A stretch of DNA of 32,000 nucleotides from Kiritimatiella glycovorans (GTDB lineage Bacteria; Verrucomicrobiota; Kiritimatiellia; Kiritimatiellales; Kiritimatiellaceae): contig NZ_CP010904.1 of assembly GCF_001017655.1 (NCBI RefSeq), positions 2,550,001 to 2,582,000 of the forward strand, given 5' to 3'. The position numbers and the translations under genes were made by a program. Below the pieces are notes generated by a model, which saw nothing but the letters and a program-made list of their open reading frames with translations, was not told the origin of the DNA and made no database searches. Positions 23,541 through 32,000 of this stretch are shown here, piece after piece (the first letter of the stretch is position 1; every line of letters starts with the position of its first letter).

Positions 23541-25541
23541 TCACGGAGCCGGGAGAATCGGCCACGAAATCCGCGTGGCGGATGGGGCAACGAAGATGCT
23601 GTCGATGCCGAAGCCGTCGGACGGGATCGGATAGTTGTCGTAAAACTGGAATTTGATGCGCACCGCGCTCTCGGCGGCGTAGGCGTCGAGGGGGATGTCC
23701 TTCCAGGTGTATTCCGAGGGGCCGTCGTTGAAGCTGAAGAGCTGCTGCCAGGTGGCGCCGTCGTCGGTGGAGATGAAGACCCCGTCCTCGGGATCAGCGT
23801 TGTCGCTGAAATCCTTCCACTGGAACGAGAGCGTCGGCGTGGGAATCGCGGTGAGGTCCAGCGGAGCGGTAATGAGGGCGGCAATCGACTTGATGCTGCC
23901 GTACACCTCGTCGTCGAGCAGCACACCGAACCGGCCGGTTCCGGGATACTCATCGCTCACGCGCACCCGGCCTTCGAGCGTGGTCTCGGTCGTCCATTTT
24001 TGCGGGTCGAGGACTCCGCTTTCGAATCCGTCCTCAAAAATGGCCCCCGAGGTCTTCGCCACCCGGTAGAAGGCGGCGGAGCCGGGCGGGGGCCGGGTAT
24101 CACTGTATTCGGTTTCGTCACCGGCTGCGGCAGGATGGTTTTCGTCCAGAGGCGGCGGGGGGAACCCTTCCGCCAGATTCGTGCTGCGATGGATGTTGAA
24201 AAACTCTCCCGTCGTCGAGGGCCACGCAAAGGAAAAGGCGGCGGGATCGGGATCGGTCACGTGCAGCCGGAAGGTCGACTCGGCGGGCGAGAGGGTGAGG
24301 ACTGCGACCTCCTCCAGCCCCAGATCCGGCAGCAGCACCGCGGCGCTGCCGCCGGTTAAGTCTACGGTCGCCTCGCCGACATACACCGGCTCCAACAGAC
24401 TGCTGCTCCCCGTATCCGGGATTGTTTCGACCTGGATACAAACGGCACCGTTCGCTTCAAACCCCGTGACAGAATCGAGATTGTTCAGGGTGAGGGTAAC
24501 GTCGGCGCGATCCGGCGTGGATCCGAACTCGAAATAGCCGAGCAGCACTTGGGCCGTGCCGGGCGAACCGGCAACCTGTCGGCTGCCGAGGGGAACCACC
24601 CGCTCATCGAGGGTGGTCGATTCCACCCGCCCGGCAACGCCGTCGGCGTAGGACTTGAAGGTCCACCAGACGGCGCGCGGGTCGCCGTTGGGGCCGTTCA
24701 ACAGCCCGCTGATGCTGCCGTTTTCGCAGTCGCTGTTCCAGCACGAGCTGCACGCCCCGTCGGAGCCGCCCTGCTCCGCGTAGTGGAAATATCCCAGCGT
24801 CGAACCCGGCAGGTAGGTGCGGTCATTGCCGACGGTTTCGCCGAGGACAATCTGCCGGATGCCGAGCGAGGCATAGGCCGGATCGTCTTTCCAGTGGGTG
24901 CGGGCATATTCGAGATGGGACTGGATCGACGGGATATCGTCGTCGCGCTCGTTGAGTTCGTGCCATTGCAGCACCTCGACCGTCAAGCCCTCGCCCACGC
25001 AGTAGTCCAGAAAATCCTCGATGTAGGTCGTGTACCAGCGGTGGGCGCTCGGGCCGCTCACTTTTGCGCTGGATCCCAGCTCATTTTTAATCACCGTATG
25101 CGCCCGGCGGTAGGCCTCGTAGTACTGCGCGTCGGTGCCGGGCCAGAACATGCTCAGGTTCGGCTCGTTCCAGACGTCGTAGACCACGTTGGTGCCCCAC
25201 GTCTGCGCCTGGTCCAGCACAAAGGATTCCCACAGCGCCCAGTTCTCGTAGGGCATCAACCCGCCGTTGCGGCGCGGGAAATCATCCAGCCGGACCATGA
25301 CCGTGCACCCCAGATCAAGCATCTTCTGCACACGGCTGTTGTACGACGAAAAATTGCGCGCCCATTCCGTGCCCGAAATCAGCGGCGTATACTTCGCATC
25401 GTCCGCATCGCGGCCCTCCAGGATGCCGCACTGGGACACCACTTCCTGCGGCACGGCGAAATCGACCGTCACGGAGGTTTCCAGATCGGCCCGCAGCGTC
25501 ACTGCACACAATCCGGCCAATACGATATAGGCGGCTTTCAT
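23541..25541 (-). CDS. Secreted clan GH-A (TIM-barrel) glycoside hydrolase with C-terminal beta-sandwich modules
   Basis: Signal peptide MKAAYIVLAGLCAVTLRA. YDVWNEPN acid/base motif and a candidate nucleophile in IVLGETVG. The C-terminal roughly 170 aa (FEDGFESG...LSFQWKDF...STDDGATWQQL...IKFQFYD) looks like a MAM/CBM-type module. The second ATG at 25541 has a GGAGA Shine-Dalgarno; the ORF track starts at 25556. Confidence 0.75.
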   Translation of the reverse strand: MKAAYIVLAGLCAVTLRADLETSVTVDFAVPQEVVSQCGILEGRDADDAKYTPLISGTEWARNFSSYNSRVQKMLDLGCTVMVRLDDFPRRNGGLMPYENWALWESFVLDQAQTWGTNVVYDVWNEPNLSMFWPGTDAQYYEAYRRAHTVIKNELGSSAKVSGPSAHRWYTTYIEDFLDYCVGEGLTVEVLQWHELNERDDDIPSIQSHLEYARTHWKDDPAYASLGIRQIVLGETVGNDRTYLPGSTLGYFHYAEQGGSDGACSSCWNSDCENGSISGLLNGPNGDPRAVWWTFKSYADGVAGRVESTTLDERVVPLGSRQVAGSPGTAQVLLGYFEFGSTPDRADVTLTLNNLDSVTGFEANGAVCIQVETIPDTGSSSLLEPVYVGEATVDLTGGSAAVLLPDLGLEEVAVLTLSPAESTFRLHVTDPDPAAFSFAWPSTTGEFFNIHRSTNLAEGFPPPPLDENHPAAAGDETEYSDTRPPPGSAAFYRVAKTSGAIFEDGFESGVLDPQKWTTETTLEGRVRVSDEYPGTGRFGVLLDDEVYGSIKSIAALITAPLDLTAIPTPTLSFQWKDFSDNADPEDGVFISTDDGATWQQLFSFNDGPSEYTWKDIPLDAYAAESAVRIKFQFYDNYPIPSDGFGIDSIFVAPSATRISWPILPAP

Positions 25542-25552
25542 CGGTTTTCTCC

Positions 25553-26020
25553 TCATAACGGGATGGTAAAATAACGGGATCTATAATTCCGCATGGGTTC
25601 ATCTGAGGCAAGTCCCTCGTGGAGCGATCGTATGCGCACTTGCTCGAAGTCGACCGGCACGCCCTCGGAGAACAGGTACATCTGATCTCCACCGGGATTC
25701 CAGTACCGTTCGATCGGGGTGCGGCGACCGTTGATTTCGTCATCGACGATGTCGCGGCGGCAGAGCAATTCCGGCGGTCACTTCACCCGAGGCCTTTCCC
25801 TCCTGCTGACCCGTCGAGTATCAGGGTGGCGTCCCGCAGGACCCGTTCCGGCTCCAGTGTCTCGACCGTCCGGACGTGGCCGGGAATGGTGTAATCGCCG
25901 GCCGGCAGGGCTTGTCCACTTGCCGCGGCCGCCGGACCACACAAACCGAACGGCCCGAACGGACAGAGGGCCATCAGTATCGTGAATCCGGTCAGAAAAA
26001 GGTTGTTTCGCGGAGTTCAT
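25553..26020 (-). pseudogene. Frame-broken small secreted-protein gene (debris across three frames)
   Basis: ATG at 26020 (MNSAKQPF) runs into a T5 run. The next frame continues as a signal-peptide-like LTGFTILMALCPFGPFGLCGPAAAASGQA...LILDGSAGGKGLG-stop. A third frame gives ...IVDDEINGRRTPIERYWNPGGDQMYLF.... Confidence 0.3.
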
Positions 26021-26135
26021 TCATAAGCGTTTATTAGCGGACATAAGCGGTCGCCAGCTCCGCTGGATTTTGTATTTCACTCTTGCGGTTTCGCCCGTCA
26101 TGATTCGGGCGCGGGTTCGAGCCCGCGTGCCAAGC

Positions 26136-27530
26136 TCACAACAACTCGATGGTATGGTCTCCGGCTGTTAATTCAACGAACGGTGCGGGGGCGGGCTGAA
26201 CGTTGACGCGAACCGCCGAGGCCTGCGGCAAGCGGACGGAGGCGGAGCAACCGTCCGGAACGGTGACGTTCCAGACGATTCGCCCGCCGTCGCGTTTCCA
26301 ATGACTGGAGATTGTTCCGAAGGGCGAACGGTGGTCGGCCCGGGCCCACTCGAGCCCGGGCAGGAAGCAGGGCTGGAGGATAAAGTGCCTGAAGCCGGGC
26401 TGAGCGGGATCGGGCCGGATGCCGCTGAGGCTTTCATGGAACACGGCGGCAAAGCCGCTGTGCATGGGATGATTGAAGGAGTTGCGGCGGTAGCGCTCCC
26501 CTTCCGGCCAGTCGTAGGGCACCTCCGGCCAGGTGGTCAGCCCGTGCTTCTCGGTCAGGAAACGGAGCGAGGGAAATCCGGTCTGCTGCCAGAGGTGGGC
26601 GGTGACGTCCGCCTTGCCGTTGTCGTTGAGAACGGTATACAGCGGGCGGTGGCCGAAAATGCCGGTGGTGTAGCGCCCGTCCGCCTTTTCCATGATCAAG
26701 CGGACGAGGCCGTCCGCCACGCGGGCGCGCCGAGCCTCCGGGTAGAGTCCGAGTTGCAGGGCCATGGCGGTGCCGGTCTGGGTGCCGAAGTGACCGGCCT
26801 GCCGGTTGTGAAAACGGTCGATAAAGGCGGCCTTGATCCTTTCGGCCTCCCGCGCGTATGTCTCCGCCGATCCACTTTTGCCCAGAGCATTGGCCATATC
26901 GCGCATGGCATGGAGGGATTTGTAATAGAGAGCGGTCGAAGTCAAAGCCACCGGGGTATCGATCTCGGAGTTGCTGCCGGGGGGACACCAGTCGCCATAG
27001 CCCTCCTCGATGATGCCCTCCTTCACGGCGTGTTCGCGCAGGAAGGCCATCCAGCCCTCCATCACCGGCCAGTTTTCGCGGACGATCCCGGTGTCTCCGT
27101 AAAAAAGCCAGGCGGTGTGGGGGACGAGGACGGTGGCGGCACCCCAGTCCGGCCGGGCCTGATGGGGCAGCCGTCTGCCGCCCGCCACGTTGGCGGGTGC
27201 CCTCGGGTCGCGGGGCAGGCTGCTCTGCGGGTGCGGGTGTACAATGCCGAGGGTCGTCCGCAGGTCGCGGGCGGCCTTGGGAAAGAATTTGGAGAGATCG
27301 AAGTTGTAGGAGGCCGCCTCGGCCACGGCGTGGAGGTCGCCGGTCCACTGGCATTTCTCGCGATGGGGGCAATCGGTGAGGTAGCCCTGCAGGTTGCCTT
27401 CGATCGTGCGCAGGGAAACTTCGTAGTAATGATTGAGGAGCGGATCGGAGCAGGCGAAGGTGCCGATCCTCGGGACATCGCTGCGCACCAGCCAGCCCGT
27501 GAAATCTCCCGCCTCCGGTTTCCCGCTCAA
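26136..27530 (-). CDS. GH78 alpha-L-rhamnosidase, catalytic (alpha/alpha)6 plus C-terminal domains only (N-terminal half missing; possibly a pseudogene)
   Basis: TDCPHREKCQWTGD matches the GH78 DCP.RE..GWTGD signature, preceded by GTFACSDPLLNHYY. The ORF opens at a TTG immediately after an in-frame TAG (27540-27542). Confidence 0.75.
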   Translation of the reverse strand: MSGKPEAGDFTGWLVRSDVPRIGTFACSDPLLNHYYEVSLRTIEGNLQGYLTDCPHREKCQWTGDLHAVAEAASYNFDLSKFFPKAARDLRTTLGIVHPHPQSSLPRDPRAPANVAGGRRLPHQARPDWGAATVLVPHTAWLFYGDTGIVRENWPVMEGWMAFLREHAVKEGIIEEGYGDWCPPGSNSEIDTPVALTSTALYYKSLHAMRDMANALGKSGSAETYAREAERIKAAFIDRFHNRQAGHFGTQTGTAMALQLGLYPEARRARVADGLVRLIMEKADGRYTTGIFGHRPLYTVLNDNGKADVTAHLWQQTGFPSLRFLTEKHGLTTWPEVPYDWPEGERYRRNSFNHPMHSGFAAVFHESLSGIRPDPAQPGFRHFILQPCFLPGLEWARADHRSPFGTISSHWKRDGGRIVWNVTVPDGCSASVRLPQASAVRVNVQPAPAPFVELTAGDHTIELL

Positions 27531-27667
27531 GCCGGAGATCTAGGCGTAGCGGAAGCCCTGATAGGAAAAACGCGGCTCCCGGTCTGCAGCTCGACCGGCC
27601 CGGCAGTCGCTATGGATGATGCGGCAACGGCACCAAAGGCCATGATACTGACAGCGAATGATTTCAT
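27527..27667 (-). pseudogene. Orphaned signal-peptide mini-ORF upstream of the GH78 remnant
   Basis: ATG at 27667 with an AAGGGA Shine-Dalgarno. It encodes MKSFAVSIMAFGAVAASSIATAGPVELQTG... (46 aa) in a different frame from GH78. Its TGA overlaps the GH78 TTG (TTGA). Confidence 0.4.
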
Positions 27668-27716
27668 TGCGGTTTTCCCTTCGGGCTTGAATGCGGTCCT
27701 TCAGAAAAGCCCCATT

Positions 27717-28343
27717 TCACGGATTGTTTTCTTCTTCTTCGACGTAGCGTTCGTAGTAATCGTGATTTTCGATGATGTCCGCAACCATCTCCGCGAAGAC
27801 CTTGATCGTACGGGAGGGCAGGATAATCTTTTGGCCGTCAGGCAGCTGCATTTCCCAGGAGAGATCCCCCTCTTCCCCGTACGGGGTTTGAACCTCGCGG
27901 AACCGTGTTTCGGGGATGTAGCTCAGGGGCATGACGCAGTAAAACTTCGTGCGGAACGCATAGGCCTCCCTGCTCTCCATCGTGGCCTTAGGGGCCGGGT
28001 CGAGGCCCCTGTGCTCCCGGAAATTATTCTCACCGATAAAATAGATCGCGTAGTTTGAATAGAGCACCGCCCCGGTGCGAAAGCTGTTGCAGCCGATAAC
28101 TTTCTCCCCCGGGCGGAATCCGAGCATCCCGGCCGTCACCTCGTCGGACACCACACGGTCCGCGATTTTCAATTGCTCGCCGGGCATCGTCAGGATCTTG
28201 AAGGCCCGATAGCTCAAGGGCGGGAGCCGGGTCTTGTGCCGCTGAACCTTCTGATTGATGCGCACCATGGTATTGTTCGAATTAGCCATGGCAAAAGCGC
28301 AGCTCGAAACCGCCAACACCGCTATCGTGATCGCTTTTTTCAT
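27717..28343 (-). CDS. Hypothetical lipoprotein (no recognised domain)
   Basis: 208 aa. Signal peptide with a lipobox-like MKKAITIAVLAVSSC and an acidic C-terminus EEEENNP. Starts 13 nt after the stop of the GspK-like gene. Lower GC than its neighbours. Confidence 0.65.
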   Translation of the reverse strand: MKKAITIAVLAVSSCAFAMANSNNTMVRINQKVQRHKTRLPPLSYRAFKILTMPGEQLKIADRVVSDEVTAGMLGFRPGEKVIGCNSFRTGAVLYSNYAIYFIGENNFREHRGLDPAPKATMESREAYAFRTKFYCVMPLSYIPETRFREVQTPYGEEGDLSWEMQLPDGQKIILPSRTIKVFAEMVADIIENHDYYERYVEEEENNP

Positions 28344-28356
28344 CTTGCCCTTCCCG

Positions 28357-30834
28357 TCAGGAATCCAGCCAATGGAAAAACAGAGGCTTCATGCGATTCA
28401 GGCCGTTCTCGTCCACGTGCCCGTCTTCGTCGGTCTTGAGAGGATCCCGCCAGATCACCGCGAGGGCCCACTTTTCACCCAGGATCTCTTCGGACTGGAT
28501 TCCCGGGGTCCCGTTGCGGTCTTCGACTTTCTGCGCTCCGAGCAGGACCGTGAACAGGTTCTGCCGGACGTGGAGAAGATCATAGATCTGGCCTATCAGG
28601 CGGTCGATGGAGTGCTTATTGCGGGCGATACTGTCCGGGGGAAGGGCCTCGATGAGGTCTTCGTAAGAGACGAGACGCAAGGCCTCAAAGGTGTTCGCCG
28701 GGGGCTCCTCCGCCTCCGCGATGCGGTTGATCATTACACGCGCGAGCGCCCTTGCCTCCGCCGCACTGATCGTGTTGGTGCCGAACCGGGGCAGACGCAT
28801 CTCGTCCTGAACCCTATCCGCGCCCCGGTTATAGAAGGCGCTGCCCAGCACCCCTTCCCGACGGGTCAGCAGGCTGACTTTATCATCGGGAACCGCGACG
28901 CCGTTGGTGACCCGGCGATGGTAGCGGCCTTCATCCTCACACAGGCGCAGGTATTCAAAGACCGGCATCGCGCGTTCACCGACCAGCGGCACGGTCTCCC
29001 AGGGGCGATTCACATCATAGGCCGCCCCCCCGAGCCCGGATATGTTTTCAAAACGGGTATAACGGATCTCCCCCGCCCCATTGTCGTTCACTCGACTGCC
29101 GCGCCGCATGGACCAGTGGCCGTCTTTCCCCCCCGCCAGATCGGAGTAGAGCCGGCGCGCCTCTTCGTTCATTGCACCGGGTGACGGCGTATCCACCTCC
29201 CTCCACGATTCATTCCAGAGATGGTTGAATCGGGGATCGACACATTCGTAAAAGGCGCTCTCATCCCCGCTGCCGGGTGATAACACCTCGACGGCGGTGT
29301 CGAGCGTCCCGTTGCGAAACGGAATGGCATCATAAAAAAAATTCTGTATCGCCCCCCCGGTGTCCCGTCGCCAAAGCACATAGGCACACACGATCTCCAG
29401 ACCCGGAAGCTCCGCGGGGGCCTCAGCGAGCGTTTTGGTGTCCGAAACAAAATCCAGGCTTGCGTGATAGAGGCGGGAGGCCTCATCGGGACCGCCGACT
29501 TCGTCGAGATGATGGTACCGGAAATTCTTGTACCCGAAGTCTTTCGAGGTGTCTCCGAAATCCCAGCCCTCCGAATTGTTGACCGGACGCCAGTCCACAT
29601 GAAACTCGGCAGCCCGCCCCCCCATCTCCGCGTAACCCCATTCATCCCTGTCCACGGCCAGATACGGGATGACCATCTCCAGGTCTACCTCGAACTTCAC
29701 CGTGTATTTATCCACCACCCGGGTTACAGTCCGCCGCACGCCGATCTCGTTGAGCATCGGGCTTTCGCTGGAATCCACCTGCGAGAAATAGGCGTAGCGG
29801 TCGGCCAGGGGGCTGTCCGGCGCGCCGTGCGGCCTAATATAGTGAAAGCGGTCCATATACTCCTGCACCGACTCGACTGAATCCGCCACGGAAGTAAGTT
29901 CGTTGCCCTCCGCGACGTAGTCCTCAAGCATCTGCCTGAGCCTGTTCCGGAGTTCCGTCCGCTGGTCATCCCGCCAGACCGAGTACAGGACGTCCCACCC
30001 ATTCCACCGAACGTCCGTATACCAGTTCTTCAGGATCAGGGGCTGAACGTCCACCGAATCCCCATAGGAAAAGGTCTCCTCCGGAAAGTAGGAACAGGTA
30101 AATAAATGGCGTGCGGCCGTATCGAACAGCCCCGCATTAAAGCTGTTCACCTCGCCGAGATTGACCGCCCGCACCCACCGGTCTTCGGCCCTGTCACGGT
30201 TGTAGACGAACGCCTTTTCCAGATCCTCTTCATCCTCGTCCTGACGAAACTCGTCGAGCAGGTCCTTGCTCAGATACAGGTTCTTCCGCTGGACGTCGTT
30301 CGTGCGCTCGTAGCTGAAAATCCGGTTCACGTCGAGAAGCCCTGAATTGTTGATCACCAGGCCGGCCCAGCGTCCGACGACTTCCCCCCCCGCCGTCACG
30401 GAAGTCCATCCCATCCGTTCCGACTGCTCATCCACGGCATCCCACAGATCCGACGGGATCCACTCATCGTAATAAAAGCAATCCGGAATCATGACCCTGT
30501 CCGCACCCGTCCCCGATACGCCCCATACATCGGGGTCCCCGCTCACGAGTCTGAAATCCGGAAAATACTGATCTTCATCGTTCATGAACGTGTCGACGAG
30601 GAACATCGTCCTGCTCGCTGCCGCATCCAGCATCAGGCTCGTCTGCGTCTCATGCAACGCCGCCCTCGAGACCAGCCGTTCCGTCCGCATTGAGATCGCA
30701 AAAGCCACGGCCATAATCATCAACAGCGCCAGAAACCCGAGAACCATTACGAGGGCCACGCCGCTGCGCCCCGCCTCCGTCAGCGCACCCTTTCCTCTAG
30801 CCCCCGGGTTGTGGTCCCAGCTGTTCATGATCAT
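28357..30834 (-). CDS. Large GspK/PilX-like minor pseudopilin-family protein
   Basis: 825 aa. The N-terminal RSGVALVMVLGFLALLMIMAVAFAISMRTERLVSRAAL matches the GspK/PilX_N pattern (G-V-A-L-hydrophobic helix, no Glu5). It also has GLVINNSGLLDVN (compare the GspK D-E-s-G-k-x-N-x-N motif) and a C-terminal RQNLFTVLLGAQ...ALAVIWRD pattern. Confidence 0.6.
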   Translation of the reverse strand: MIMNSWDHNPGARGKGALTEAGRSGVALVMVLGFLALLMIMAVAFAISMRTERLVSRAALHETQTSLMLDAAASRTMFLVDTFMNDEDQYFPDFRLVSGDPDVWGVSGTGADRVMIPDCFYYDEWIPSDLWDAVDEQSERMGWTSVTAGGEVVGRWAGLVINNSGLLDVNRIFSYERTNDVQRKNLYLSKDLLDEFRQDEDEEDLEKAFVYNRDRAEDRWVRAVNLGEVNSFNAGLFDTAARHLFTCSYFPEETFSYGDSVDVQPLILKNWYTDVRWNGWDVLYSVWRDDQRTELRNRLRQMLEDYVAEGNELTSVADSVESVQEYMDRFHYIRPHGAPDSPLADRYAYFSQVDSSESPMLNEIGVRRTVTRVVDKYTVKFEVDLEMVIPYLAVDRDEWGYAEMGGRAAEFHVDWRPVNNSEGWDFGDTSKDFGYKNFRYHHLDEVGGPDEASRLYHASLDFVSDTKTLAEAPAELPGLEIVCAYVLWRRDTGGAIQNFFYDAIPFRNGTLDTAVEVLSPGSGDESAFYECVDPRFNHLWNESWREVDTPSPGAMNEEARRLYSDLAGGKDGHWSMRRGSRVNDNGAGEIRYTRFENISGLGGAAYDVNRPWETVPLVGERAMPVFEYLRLCEDEGRYHRRVTNGVAVPDDKVSLLTRREGVLGSAFYNRGADRVQDEMRLPRFGTNTISAAEARALARVMINRIAEAEEPPANTFEALRLVSYEDLIEALPPDSIARNKHSIDRLIGQIYDLLHVRQNLFTVLLGAQKVEDRNGTPGIQSEEILGEKWALAVIWRDPLKTDEDGHVDENGLNRMKPLFFHWLDS

Positions 30835-30888
30835 GGGTTTTTACGCGCCCTCAGCACCGCCCTTTGGCGACAGGCCCGCGCTGCGGAC

Positions 30889-32000
30889 TCATTGTCTCTT
30901 CCTCTTGCCGTCGAAATTCCATTCGCGCAGCAGCGAGCCGTCATCGTTATGCACCCGAATGGAACGGATACGCGTCGAGCCGTCCGCGCCGGGCGGATCG
31001 ATCCGCAGCGCGGTCAGGGGGCCGGCCTTATCGAACTCGACCCGCACCGGCACCCAGCGGTCGGTGGTGCGGACGGCGGCGACCTCGTAGCTGCCGGGCA
31101 CATAGGGCGCGTGATCCCAGCCGGCGAAGACCATCAGGGCGCCCTGCTCTTCCGCGCGGACTTCCAGCGAGACGGATACCGGTCCGTCGACCTCCGGATC
31201 GATGTTCGTTTCGATCCACGGGTCGCCCGCGGTGGAGTGGATTACCAGCGCGCCGTCCAGGACTTCGAGCCCGACGGTGCGTCCTTTGGACCTCCAGCCG
31301 CCCGCCGCGCGATGACCTTCGGCCTTCGGGCCGGTTGTTTTCCTCGGCTTGCTGCGGTCGCGCCCGACCCCGATCTTCTCCGGCTCGAACTGTTCGGGAT
31401 CGAAGTCGGGGTTCGGTTCGGGCGTTACGGCATCCACCTCCTCGAGATGCCGCTGCATCATGCGATCGAGCAGGGCAACCTTTTCGGGATAGGCTTCGGC
31501 GAGGTTGCGGGTCTCGCCGATGTCCTCGGCGAGATTGTAGAGCCGGTACTCGTGCCCCCCGTCTTCGCCGAAATGGAACGTGCGGATCAGTTTCCAGTTA
31601 TCGTAGTGCACGGTCATCGACGGCGGCAGCCAGTCGGGCACCCTGGGATCGTGGGGGAAATAGCCGAAGATCGGGCCGCGGTCGAACGAACGTCCGCGCA
31701 GCACGGGCGTGAAGTCCACGCCGTCGAACTCGTACCCCTCCGGAAGCGGCATATCGAGCAGACGATGAAGCGTGGGGTAGAAGTCGGTGCTCTGGATCAT
31801 GGCGTCGGTCCGGCTGCCCGGCTCCGTCAGTCCCGGCCAGGCGACGATGCAGGGGACGCGCATCCCGCCGTCGAAGACCGTCGCCTTACCGCCGCGGAGC
31901 GGTTTGTTGCTCGTGGGAGGACGGCCTTCGACCACGTCGTACATGTTCCCGCCGTTGTCCGAGAAAAACACGAACGCGGTCCGGTCGGCGATCCCCCGTT
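30889..32000 (-). CDS. Sulfatase-family (arylsulfatase-like) protein, C-terminal part with an extra roughly 130-aa beta-rich domain (5' end beyond the window)
   Basis: The frame is open to the window edge. FFSDNGG, GGKATVFDGGMRVPCIVAWPG and QSTDFYPTL are typical of the sulfatase C-terminal half. An additional domain (...ALVIHSTAGDPWIETN...ALRIDPPGADGSTRIRSIRV) follows. Confidence 0.85.
   Translation of the reverse strand, partial: RGIADRTAFVFFSDNGGNMYDVVEGRPPTSNKPLRGGKATVFDGGMRVPCIVAWPGLTEPGSRTDAMIQSTDFYPTLHRLLDMPLPEGYEFDGVDFTPVLRGRSFDRGPIFGYFPHDPRVPDWLPPSMTVHYDNWKLIRTFHFGEDGGHEYRLYNLAEDIGETRNLAEAYPEKVALLDRMMQRHLEEVDAVTPEPNPDFDPEQFEPEKIGVGRDRSKPRKTTGPKAEGHRAAGGWRSKGRTVGLEVLDGALVIHSTAGDPWIETNIDPEVDGPVSVSLEVRAEEQGALMVFAGWDHAPYVPGSYEVAAVRTTDRWVPVRVEFDKAGPLTALRIDPPGADGSTRIRSIRVHNDDGSLLREWNFDGKRKRQ

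Noticed and set aside
26083-26127. tRNA 3'-half look-alike: CGCCCG-TCATGATT-CGGGCG followed by GCGGG-TTCGAG-CCCGC-GTGCCA
   Set aside because: The T-loop would be 6 nt and the anticodon-like loop 8 nt. Only 3 nt separate the T-arm from CCA, and no matching 5' acceptor strand lies upstream. These are more likely two GC hairpins in the GH78 3' flank. There is no U-run, so I did not call a terminator either.
24549-28058. Long plus-strand ORFs 24549-25574 (341 aa) and 26301-28058 (585 aa); likewise 6862-8133, 8955-10382, 18023-19006, 19003-19866 and 28255-29184
   Set aside because: All mirror well-supported minus-strand genes and have no motifs. The same applies to the many Arg/Pro-rich alternative-frame ORFs in the track.

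Overview
GC-rich bacterial chromosomal window, almost entirely coding, with most genes on the minus strand. All calls come from reading motifs in the supplied translations and the DNA; no database search was run.

The left two thirds (1-21.1 kb) is housekeeping:
- the 3' part of a ParC/GyrA-type topoisomerase subunit
- a YugP-like Zn peptidase
- a URO-D-family enzyme plus L-rhamnose mutarotase
- a polyprenyl synthase
- a long co-directional string grpE-dnaJ-rsmE-lpxI-(Gfo/Idh/MocA)-lpxB
- a STAS plus GAF-PP2C partner-switching pair
- rsmI, maf, a ROK kinase, a CPBP protease and a small GGQ release-factor-like protein
- an AsmA-like/plsY/gpsA operon with overlapping stops and starts

The right third (21.3-32 kb) looks accessory:
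- an AAA+/DUF4143 ATPase behind an AT-rich palindromic site
- a decayed DUF4338/transposase remnant carrying two 56-bp direct repeats (one at its 5' end, one downstream)
- a secreted clan GH-A glycosidase
- frame-broken ORF debris
- an N-terminally deleted GH78 rhamnosidase
- a lipoprotein plus an 825-aa GspK/PilX-like pseudopilin
- a sulfatase that runs off the window

I found no rRNA, tRNA or CRISPR array. The most unusual signals are non-coding:
1. Eight 49-bp tandem units fill the ispA/lpxB stop-to-stop gap exactly. Relatives of the unit sit at two other gene 3' ends.
2. An 866-bp gene-free stretch between maf and rsmI holds four different 100-140-bp imperfect palindromes. One of them shows compensatory base changes between its two internal hairpins.
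3. A promoter-like 31-mer, identical at 26 of 31 positions, lies upstream of both grpE-dnaJ and the Zn peptidase.

I did not recognise a complete, clearly novel multi-gene system. The best protein-level candidates are the orphan GspK-like/lipoprotein pair and the AAA+/DUF4143 gene.
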